Assembly (NCBI GenBank): GCA_003971905.1
Contig: RSEE01000007.1
Span: 1,054,001 to 1,118,000 of the forward strand
Reading direction: 5' to 3'
Source: Moniliella sp. 'wahieum'
Taxonomy: Eukaryota
DNA length: 64,000 nucleotides
The translations under genes and the position numbers were made by a program. The notes under the pieces are model-generated. The model ran no database searches. It worked only from the letters and a program-made list of their open reading frames with translations, and had not been told where the DNA came from. The number at the start of each line of letters is the position of its first letter. Within the stretch, counting starts at the first letter, position 1. Shown piece by piece: positions 1-10,441 of the stretch.

Positions 1-213
1 AAGGGGTGCTGCGCTTAACGGATGGGTCCAGGCTATAAACCAGCGTTTGCGGCAGTTTTTGGCGCTGCGGCCGGGGAGCTGCTCGGCGAGTTCTTGCCAG
101 CGGCTGCTTTTGCCGCGGGCAGTGCCGTACTGGGCAACGAGCGAACGGAGTTTATTGTCCTCGTCCTTGGACCAGGGAGTGTACTCGTCAAATGCGCGGC
201 GGGTGGGGGCCAT
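1..213 (-). CDS. Myb/SANT-domain transcription factor (Bas1/Cdc5-like repeat), 5' part only; runs off the window start
   Basis: Manual translation from ATG at 213: MAPTRRAFDEYTPWSKDEDNKLRSLVAQYGTARGKSSRWQELAEQLPGRSAKNCRKRW, then after a 1-nt shift YSLDPSVKR. This has the three spaced Trp and the GR..K.CR.RW motif of a Myb repeat. Not in the ORF track because it has no stop inside the window. Confidence 0.85.
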   Translation of the reverse strand, partial: MAPTRRAFDEYTPWSKDEDNKLRSLVAQYGTARGKSSRWQELAEQLPGRSAKNCRKRWFIAWTHPLSAAPL

Positions 214-1291
214 GCTGCATGGGGCTTCGGCTGGAGAGAAAGCGCGAGTGGTAGCGATGGCAGCGGCGGACGCGGAGGTGCGGTGTGGTGGGGCTCGGTT
301 GCGCACAGTCTCCGATTGGGGGGCCGAGGCGGCTATACCCGAGCGCGGCCTAGAAGAACCCAACGGCGGCAAGGGCGGGGCGGGCACACTGGCGCTGAGC
401 CCAGCGGTGCCTGTAAACATGCAAACGTCAAGCGCTAATCGGCGCGCTCGGCCTGGCTGATTACCACAATCTCGTAATCAATCGCTATACCCGCGGCCCG
501 GCTGGGAGCGCAGCTCAGACTGGTGCTGTGCGGCTGCGGTTGCTGGGGCAGGTGTTCACCATTTCAGCACCGCAGTGCGGCCGCATAACTGGTCCACCTG
601 GTCTGCGTCCCAGACGGTCTACCGACGACTGCTGCGCAAGCCTGGCAACCCTAGCCCCCCCCCGCACCCGGCCATCTCCGAACTCCGAGACTGTTCCGCC
701 CCCCCATTGCTCAGGCACTTCCTGGGGCTGCTCATGCTCATGTGGGCAGTGGGCTCTTCGGGGTTCCACGTCCTGCTGGCACCATTCCGCGTTCCACGTT
801 CACAAGCCCATAATACTGGTGGCCCTGATATCGGATGTAAACGTTAAACCAGCGTGTATACGCCGGCCGGGAGATCACACATTATCAGCGTACGCGTTAT
901 CCAGTAACTAGTAACCGGGCAAGCCAAACGCCAAGCCTCAAGCCCTCGGGCGCCAGGATGATGTGGGGGTTGCGGATTGGTGCGGAAGATCAACACTTGC
1001 ACCGACCATGCCCTCCGGTGGCTGGCATTGCCCAGCACACCTCGGGGCGCGTTGGGAAAAGGACAGAGGCACGGGGCCAGTGTGCACGGCTTATGTCAGC
1101 AGGGTGCCTGCATGGCGTCAGTGCCCAGGCGCGGCGCGTCTGATTTTTTCTTTTGCGCATGCCGACGGGGAGGGCAAGTGGGGCGGGGACTGGGTGGCTG
1201 ACGCCTGGGCCAGGCCGACGCAGCTGGCCTTCCTTTCACCACCATCGCTCCCCTTTGTGCAGTGCCCGTGTCTGCATCGCTGTCCACCACC

Positions 1292-2550
1292 ATGTCCGAG
1301 CGCGTCAACATCAGCTCCCGGCCAGAGGATGAGCTCGTGGCCCCCACCCCGCAGAACACCCCGCTACAGAACCAGCCCCTCACCCGCGAGGCCCTCAGCC
1401 GCCCTACTGTCGGCACTGTGGAGGAGGAGGACGAGGAGGCGGCAGCCGCCAATGCCCCCAACGAGGCTGCGGCCGCTACACTTGCTTCCAACCCCGCCCT
1501 GGCTGCCATGATTGCTGAGCGTCTGGGCAACCTGAACGGCGCGAGCAGCGGCTACGTTGAGGGTTTGCCTGATTACCTGCGCCGCCGGGTGGCCGGTCTC
1601 GAGGGCCTCCAGGCTCAGCACCTCAAGATCGAGGCTGAGTTCCAAAAGGAAATTATGGAGCTGGAGCGCAAGTTCCAGGTCAAGTACGCCCCGCTGTACC
1701 AGCAACGCAAGGACATCATTCTTGGTGCGCAGGAGCCTTCGGCTACGCTTGTTCTGGAGGGTGAGAAGGCCACCGAGGCCAAACTGGGTGAGAATGACGA
1801 TGAGGACGAGAAGAAGGAGTCCCTGTCCGAGGTCAAGGCACCTGCCGATGGCGAGAAGGGCATCCCTCAATTCTGGCTCACTGCTCTCCGCACCCACACC
1901 GCCCTGTCCGAGATCATCACGGAGCGGGACGAAGAGGCGCTGCAGTTCCTGCAGGACATTCGGATGAACACTTGCCCTCGGCGGGCAAGCCGGGTTTCCA
2001 GCTTTTCTTTGACTTTGCGCCGAACAATGGTTTCTTCACCAACGCCACGTTGACCAAGACGTACTACTACCGTGACGACGTGGGCGCCAACGGCGACCTG
2101 ATCTACGACCATGCCGAAGGCACGCCGATCGAATGGGTGAGCGCGGACAAGGACCTGACCAAGCGGATTGAGACCAAGAAGCAGCGCAACAAGCACACCA
2201 ACGAGACGCGTGTGGTTAAGCGCTCTGTGCCTACCGCGTCCTTTTTCAACTTTTTCCAGCCGCCGCAGCCGCCTTCGGACGCGGACAACGAGTCGGAGGA
2301 CGAAGGTTTGGCGGAGCTGGAGGAGCGGTTGGAGCTGGACTACCAGTTGGGTGAAGACCTCAAGGACCGGATTGTGCCGCATGCGATTACTTACTTTACG
2401 GGCGAGGCGCTGCAATACGAGGAGTTTGACGAGCTCGATGGGTTTGAGGACGACGAGGATGACGACGACGACGAGGATGACGAGGATGGTCCCGCCCCTG
2501 GGGGCGCCACTGCCCAATCCGCAGACCCGCAAGAGTGCCGCCAGCAGTAA
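1292..2550 (+). CDS. NAP1: Nucleosome assembly protein 1 (histone chaperone); apparent 1-nt deletion near 1966
   Basis: ORFs 1262..2053 and 1972..2550 join. Motifs: LERKFQVKYAPLYQQR, KGIPQFWLTAL, FFTNATLTKTY, IEW..DKDLT, SFFNFFQPP, DYQLGEDLKDRIVPHAITYFTGEA, an acidic tail and a C-terminal ECRQQ. Confidence 0.96.
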
Positions 2551-2930
2551 CCGCAGTACATATTCGGTGTAACCTCGCCTCGGGGACACTCTGCGCATGC
2601 ATCCTTACTCAGGTTGTCTAGATACGGCATGAATCGTTTCCTTCCTCCCTATGTGGTGAAATGCGGTAGTGGGGGTGGGCCTTAGGCCGTTTGATAGGGG
2701 GGGCTGGCTATGTGGAGTGCCAGGTGGCCTCAGATTCGAGAGGCAGGCGGGCGGTAGAATCAATCCTGAGGATTAGCAGCTGTAGGTGTTCAGGCCGCGG
2801 AACGAGGGCAGAGTCAATTCCGCCTTGCGCCGAACGCGTCACTCAGCCAACAGCAGCCGACCAGCCCAACCTCGGCCAGCTGGGGCGCACCTTGACTAGC
2901 CACAGTGGCTGCCCACCACCTCCCTCGACC

Positions 2931-4175
2931 ATGGCCACCGCGACAGTATCAAAGGCTCAGGCCGCTGGCGCGAGCACCTCTACCCCCGCCCCTGTCGGTG
3001 ATGTGCGTGCCTCTGGGATTGGCTCGTTCTATGCCGCCAAGATGCAGGCGTACGAGCTGGAGATTAACGACAAGACCCAGAATCTGCGCCGGCTCGAGGC
3101 GCAGCGCAATGCGCTCAACGCGCGCGTGCGCCTTTGCGCGAGGAGCTGCAGCTACTGCATGAGCCTGGCAGCAGTGTGGGTGAAGTGGTCAAAGTAATGG
3201 GCAAGAAGAAGGTGTTGGTCAAAATCCAGCCAGAGGGCAAGTTTGTCGTTGATTTTGCCGATGACATTGACCCTGCGTCGCTCAAGCCCGCTCTGCGGGT
3301 AGCTCTGCGGCCGGATAACTACCAACTGCACAGATTCTTCCCAACAAGGTGGACCCGCTTGTATCGCTCATGATGGTGGAGAAGGTGCCGGATTCGACGT
3401 ACGAACAAGTGGGTGGTCTGGACCGGCAGATCAAGGAGATCAAAGAAGTGATTGAGTTGCCTGTGAAGCATCCTGAGCTGTTTGAGAGCTTAGGCATTGC
3501 CCAACCCAAAGGTGTTCTCCTCTATGGCCCGCCCGGGACAGGAAAGACGCTGCTGGCCCGTGCAGTGGCGCACCATACCGACACGCGCTTCATCCGTGTC
3601 AGTGGGTCGGAACTGGTACAAAGTACATTGGCGAAGGTCGCGAATGGTGCGTGAGTTGTTCGTCATGGCCCGCGAACATGCTCCTTCAATCATCTTTTGG
3701 ACGAGATTGACTCGATTGGCTCCTCGCGCGGAGACAGTGGGAGCAACGGCGACTCGGAAGTGCAGCGAACCATGCTGGAGCTGCTCAACCAGTTGGATGG
3801 CTTTGAGGGGACAAAGAACATCAAAGTGATTATGGCTACCAATCGAATCGATATCTTGGACCCGGCCCTACTTCGTCCTGGGCGGATTGACCGCAAGATC
3901 GAGTTCCCTCCCCCCGGGCCTGAGGCCCGTGTTGCCATTCTGCGCATCCACTCGCGTCGGATGAGTTTGCAGCGCGGCGTCAACCTTCGTGCGTTGGCGG
4001 AAAAGATGGGTCAAGCATCGGGGGCAGAGGTGCGCGGTATCTGCACTGAAGCTGGTATGTACGCTCTGCGTGAACGTCGCCAACATGTTTCCCACGAGGA
4101 CTTTGAGCTGGCCGTGTCCAAGGTACTCAAGCGCCAGCAGAAGGCAGTATGAGCGTCAACAAGCTCTTTACGTGA
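2931..4175 (+). CDS. RPT6: 26S proteasome AAA-ATPase regulatory subunit 8 (Rpt6); several apparent 1-nt deletions
   Basis: Fragments stitch into [47 protein letters not shown], Walker [63 protein letters not shown] and C-terminal [12 protein letters not shown] (TGA 4173-4175). Confidence 0.96.
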
Positions 4176-4648
4176 TGGCCTATGCATTCATTTCGGTACT
4201 ATTCGGCGCCCTCTGCAGATATGATTGTCGTAGCGCTCAGTCGGCAGATGAACGACCAGATTGAGAGTTGAGACGTTGGGACTGGATGGACTCATCATAT
4301 GTCAGAAAGGTAGTCAATGGCGTTGAGCCACCGCGGGGGGTCGTGATTTTCGGCGGACGTCCCTTCAGCCCCTCCTCAGGCCTAGGAGTTCCTCGGGTTT
4401 CTCGTTGCTTCTGATTTCCTTGTTCCTTGATCCGCAGCCGAGCCCCTGGTTGCCACTGGCTGCTTTTGATATTCCTCTGTAGACGAAGTCGGTTGGCTTA
4501 GTCCACCACCACCCGCATCACCCTCTCGAGAACCATCACGACGCCAGCTCGTGGATCAGCAGTCAAGCTTCAAGCTTGGAGTCGGATGGGAAACCAAAAC
4601 GCTCCTTCGAATGATGAGCTTCAAGGGGCGGGGCGCGCAAAAAAAATC

Positions 4649-4720
4649 AGCTCGACGTGGGACTCGAACCCACAACCTTCTCTTTAGGAGAGAGATGCGC
4701 TACCTTTGCGCCAGCCGAGC
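4649..4720 (-). tRNA. tRNA-Arg(CCT), intronless
   Basis: Reverse complement folds as GCTCGGC acceptor / GCGC D stem / TCTCT-CT CCT AA-AGAGA anticodon arm / GTGGG-TTCGAGT-CCCAC T arm / GTCGAGC. It is followed by a T8 run (plus-strand A8 at 4639-4646), typical of a Pol III terminator. Confidence 0.95.
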
Positions 4721-7700
4721 GTTACCTGTTTTTCTAGGTCACGCTAATAAGACTATGAAAGAAAATATTAATTTTGATCAAATACTGCCTAGTGAAAAAA
4801 CAACGAAGACCGCTCAGGCCCTCAGGCCACGGCGTCAAGGTAACGCGTTCCTCACAGACGCTTGTAGGCTACCTACGTTGACATACAGAATCTGTGGATC
4901 GAAACATGCCACAAATGAAAGCGAGAACGATACGCCAAGGATAGGAGAGTAAGACAGTTGTTATCGGGGGTAGGACGAAAACTATATGGAGTGTGTGTGG
5001 ACAAAGAATAAAAGGACCATTTACTCACATGGCGCGCATCTTTCGTCTTCCTCCTCCCGAGAAAGTACCCTATACGTGCGTGATTGGTATTGCTCGGCCG
5101 CACATCTCGGCCGCTTGGGCTACCAAGCTTGCTCATCCGGAGTTTCTCTCGTGCTCGTTGGCGCGAACCCAATCCAGAGGCCAAAATGGACTGGTAATGC
5201 AACAGATATGAGGTCAGCTCTCTTTGGCTCCCGCGATTATAGTTTCCCAACCCCCGTAGCGCGCGTAAACATATGCGAATGGCATCTGAGTGATGGATCA
5301 TCTCCAATGGCACCCTTCAGTAAATGTGTTCCACAGTGTTCAAACATCTTTTTGTTGGCCGTCTTGACTTGCGGCATATACTATGAGGCTGACTCATTCG
5401 TCGTGATGACCACCACACAGGGGAAACTCTTTTTTTGAATGCGTCTCCTCTGTATGTGGTGCTTGGCGTTCTTTTCGCATTCCGTTTATACGCAAAAACA
5501 GTAGTTGGTACAGCACAGCTCCTGAAACGCTGCGCCTGCTCTCATCCGATGTGTGTTGCTTGCTGGCGCCAAAAACCTGTGTAGGGAAGAACCAGGGGAA
5601 TCGCCAACAGATCAGGACCCTCTGGTACTAGACATCCGAGCGGTGAACCATCTCCATTGAGACCATTGAGACTCGGTAGTCAATTCTTCCTTTGCTAAAA
5701 CATCATTTCTTGCTCGCCGTCCGTTTTAGTGATAATGTCGAACAATCCTCTCGCACTAATATAATGGGCTCACTTTTCTCTCAGTTGTTGGGCGACCTGA
5801 ATTATGTCCCCCGTGTCCCTATGCCTCCTCTCCCGGATCCGCTTTCAGTACACCCAGTGGTGCCTGATGGTTGTAATTTAGCCATCCGTTGCAGGGATTG
5901 AACATGATGGAAGTTCCCTGAAGACCATGGGGACGCGGCTCCCTCCTGGCGAACTGGAGGGAGGACAGGGGACATCCCGCATGACGGATAAGATCCAGAT
6001 AAGGAGGTAATCGATAAGAAAAAGAAAAGGTGGTAATCTATATCTTCATCGATCATCGATCTGGCACACATATACCGTTTCGGTGTCACATGCCCCATGT
6101 TACATGTTACATGTCACGCATCACGCCGTTTTGCTGGGGTTTTTCCTTCGGGCGAGGAGACGCCGGATGAGTACTCAAACTGAGCATACACATGAGTGTT
6201 GCATGAATCGTTGGGGAGGTTTTGTATGGGACCGAATCGATAACAACAAGAACGAAGCAGTGATGAAGAGGCCAGTGACTAGTGAGATTACTGAGGGGTC
6301 CACAGAATGACACGGATTTATCAGTGCGACAATTGGTTGAACTTTGATATGCACGCTGATGCACTGATGCGTTTGACGCATCTATCGAGTTCCTATATAG
6401 ATCCGCATTGGCACGTTGACCGTAGAAAGCATGTTAAACGTGACCGAGAAGACGGTGACCAGGTTGACGACAACGTTAACCGTTCTCTCTGCTGGTTGAA
6501 CCGCTGCTGAGTTGAGAGCGACGCTTGAGAAGCTTGCATCTTCAAGCTTCAAGCTTCAAGAAGCTTCAACGACAACTGTGGTCCACCCAAACACCCATAC
6601 GTCCACACCTTGACAGTAGCAGATATAGAATCCCAGGAAAATCCCAACATGTGCTGCATGGGAGTGTGGGGCGAACAAAACACAGGGGATTTTGGTGCTT
6701 GGGGCAGCGATGAAAAGATCCGACGTACGGCATGGCGACGGAGGATGCCCGATGATCGATCAATGATCCATGCTCTAAGTAAAAATATCGCAAGGAGATA
6801 TATACTGCGTGCGGTCGCGCTGAGAGAAGCGTAGAGAGGAGGAAGGTGCTACTATAGGAGCGTGGATAGAGGTTGCCCTCGGATGCGACATGTAACCGTG
6901 CAGTACGTGTTCCTATACTCTCCCAATATATATGCGATCATCGATTACAAAAGAGCGTGTTTGGGCCATGTGGCTGCGTGACCCCCTACCATGGCGGTGC
7001 CAAGCATACCCCACACATGCCCACGTATGACGGACAGAGAGCGGCACACAGCAGAACATTCGTAGCGGCGAAAAGAGCGTAGTCCTGGAGGGAGAAACAG
7101 CAAGGAGAGGGCAGCAAGGGCTATCTCCCACAAAGGCTATCCCACCCGGATATGGTTATCGCGAGGTTCTCACTATAGGTCGGTTGTGGATCGGATCTCT
7201 GCCCCAACGGAAACGACACTCAAGTGGAGTTCCACTTTCGTATCTGTGGGAGAGAGGGCTATCCGTATCTCAATTACCTCCGCACTACGATCTGCCCTGT
7301 AATCCAGTCGATGCTACGTAGCCAGCGCCGCCATTCCGAGCTTCTTTGGCGCTTTTTTGACTTTGACGGGATCGATGATCCCGATGATCCCGATGTCGTG
7401 TGCATGTGATGGATGATGGATGATGGATGATGGATGACTGACCTGAGTGGATGGAGGTAGGGGCGGGGAAGGCCACTGCTGTCTATCGCCTGGCAAGCTT
7501 CAAGCTCCAAGGCCTGCCCCTGCCTAGCGGCAGCCACACAGTGTTGGCACGCTGTGGCCGAGACGAGACGGCTTAGTAAGCCGATGATCGATGATCGATT
7601 ACTGATTGCGGGTGCCAAGCGCGAAGAGCAGTGCTTTATCGCTTAAGCTTTCCGCTTCACGCTTCCAGCTTCCAGTTTAGCTTGCTGCGCATGCCACTCT

Positions 7701-8365
7701 GTTGCCCACACCATGTGCCCATGGGTGTGGCATTTCCATCCGACGGGTGGCGCTGGTTGGGGTGCATCATGCATCGTCATCAGCCACCCGTCACGTATCA
7801 CAGACATCATTCACTCCGTTAATCACGCATCCCATGTCACATGTCACACACCACGCGGCACACAAGGCTCGCGCTCAGGCTCAGGCCTCAGGCTGATCAG
7901 GCTCAGCCGCTCAGCTTAATGTCCCGCATGAACACGCACTGAGCCCTACTGCGCCTCGGGGGCAGCACAGCGCGGTCAATTGCGCCGAGTAACAAAATGG
8001 GAACGTTGGCAGCACCACACAGCAGTACCTAGTAAAGCGTAACGTTTACGCGTACGCAAAACGATAGTACGATTTGATTGGTTGAATATGGGCATTGATC
8101 CCCACAGGCAACAGCCAGCCACACCCTTCTCTCGTCCTTGTGGTGCTAGGGCACTGGCGCTATCTCGTTACGATCTTATCGATCGCCCCTCCCTTTGCCG
8201 CGCGTCTTCATGCCCTGGCCCCGACCCTCCCTCCCAGTCACGGGTCATCGTCCAATGACGCGCACGGCCCTGGCACTTCTCTCTACAGACATAAAAGCAG
8301 ACCAGCTGAGAACGTTCTCCACTTCTTTTTCCCCACCAACCTTCTATCTCTCTCTCCCTCTTACC

Positions 8366-8564
8366 ATGAAGTTCTCCTACGCCGCCATCTTCGCTGTCCT
8401 GGCCGCCGTCGCGGTCTCGGCTCGCTGCTCGTACGTGCTTTTCCTTCCTCTTTGGGCTGCAGGTTCTTCTTTTTAATTGGCTTGTGGGCAGTGGCTGACG
8501 TCTCCTTTCCCACGATCCAACAGCCGCTAGGACGAGGGTGCCAGGGCGCGGCCGCAAGGCCTAA
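8366..8564 (+). CDS. Candidate very small secreted peptide (signal peptide plus one intron)
   Basis: ACC-ATG start, MKFSYAAIFAVLAAVAVSA signal-peptide pattern, donor GTACGT at 8431, branch GCTGAC at 8494-8499, acceptors CAG 8523 or TAG 8530, and a CT-rich leader with ATAAAAG at 8291. The 3' end is uncertain. Confidence 0.55.
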
Positions 8565-10441
8565 GTTCGCCAGTGCGAATTCGTCCTTGGCCATTGGAAC
8601 CGATGGTCGGGCGCCCCCTCTCTTCTTTTGCCTTGCAGTAAGCGCAGTGCATGGGTGTGTGCTTCCCTCCGTTGCCTGTTCAGCTGCTCTTGCTCCACAG
8701 CTCTCCGCTTTTAAACCGTTTAACACAAACGCTTGCATGTGTCCCTCGCATAGATCCTACTGCTGTATATGTACGGTATGGAAAAGCTTGTGATGGTGTG
8801 GAACTTCGACGTTGATTAATGATTAAGGAGGAGGCTACTGAGTCGAGTGTTGAGCCGCTCAGGCTGAGCTCCAAATGATGCATTAGTACGAGAAAGTCGC
8901 TCCCCTTCTGTTCTCTCTCCTTGTTCGCCGATATGCTGTAACATGTAAGGCGTCACGCGTCACGCGTCCCACCTCAGGCGGGTCGTATATATCACGCATC
9001 ACGCATCACGCGACCCTGCAGACTTTTTAAGTCAAAAACACGTAACAATCCAAGCCCTGCGAGACTCGGCGACTTGCAGCTCCAACAGAATTTCCCGAAA
9101 CGGGTGCAGGCGGTGCGGGGAAGCGTCCATCCCAGACACGAGAACCTGCGCTGAGATCGTGCGACCCAGGGCAGGGGGCGCTGCTGTTTCTGTGGCTGTT
9201 TCTTGGCCCGAGCGCCAGGGGCTCGAAAGAGAATCTCGAATGGTTAATGCATAATGGTCGAGTCTGAGTCTGGTTCCACGGCTTCGATGGACGAGGCCTT
9301 GTCGGGAAAGGCCGCGCAGCGTACCGTGGACCATGTACCGCCCACTCCTAACACGTAACGCGCGCATACTGCTACCGATGGACAGACGCATTGACGATCG
9401 GGATTACGCGTTACGCGTTACGCGTAACGATCATCGATCACCGATCACCTACTATCGACCACCCATCTGCATCATCGAACATCGATCAATCAATGAATCT
9501 TCGGCGGGCCGACCTGGGTTTACGCGTTTACGACGTTCATGTTGGGGTTGGGGTCAACCGATCAAACGTTAATCCTTAAACGTAAGCTTTAAGGCCTAAG
9601 GCTACCTGTTACATGTTATGCGTTACGTCTGGGTACGATGATCAAATGTCCCACAGCCTCCCACCGCGCGAAAATGAAGCTTGAATCTGCCCCTCAGGGC
9701 TGGGCCTCAGGCCTCAGGGCGTCACTTGCAGTCTGTCTGTTCGGAGGTGGGACGCGCGGGTGGCGGATGCGTCGATAAGGCCACACCGGCCCACACCTCC
9801 TCGGCCCCTCTCAGATCTAGCCCTGGTCAAGCTTCAAGCTTCAAGTGCCTACTAGTCAGACTAGTGACTGGTGCAGTCACCGGTCGCCGCTCTGCTCACC
9901 AGTCCAGCGACACTCGCTTGGTCGGACCTGCCACATATGTTAGCCACTTGGTGACTGTATCTTGTTCGTGTGTGGCGTTGCACGGCACATGTCACACATT
10001 GTGACATCATGCATCACAGCCATCCCGACTCATTGTAGTCAGAATCACGGCATCGTCTTGCCTGGAAGCATGAGTGTTGGTTGCCGGCTGCCGGGAGGGA
10101 GAGAGGATGGGCGGTGTGTGGTGTGATGGGTGATGGCATGCGACCGGTGACCCAACCCCCGATTGTCGGGAGGAGCTAGCCACGAGCAACCCGCGACTAG
10201 CACTAGTCCCTAGCCAGTCCCACGGCTGGCGCTGGCATGAATTTGGCACACTCGTCATGGGTCACGCTCGCAGCGCTCACTCGTCGCTCGAGGCTCAGCG
10301 CCAGTGGCCCCCGCGGCGTGGCGGGCTGCTGGGACGGCGTGCACGGGGTCCTGCATGCTCCGGGCGCCAGCCACCCACACCCACCACTTCCCTGCCTGTT
10401 GCGCCCCTCGGCCTCTCTTTCTCACCAGCGTCCCGGCCAGC

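Noticed and set aside
2931..4175. Pseudogene or programmed frameshifting in RPT6 and other genes
   Set aside because: These are essential genes with otherwise conserved residues. The shifts are scattered 1-nt losses without slippery-site consistency, so assembly error is far more likely.
4551..4952. 133-aa ORF overlapping the tRNA-Arg
   Set aside because: Antisense to the tRNA gene, non-ATG start, and no protein-like features.
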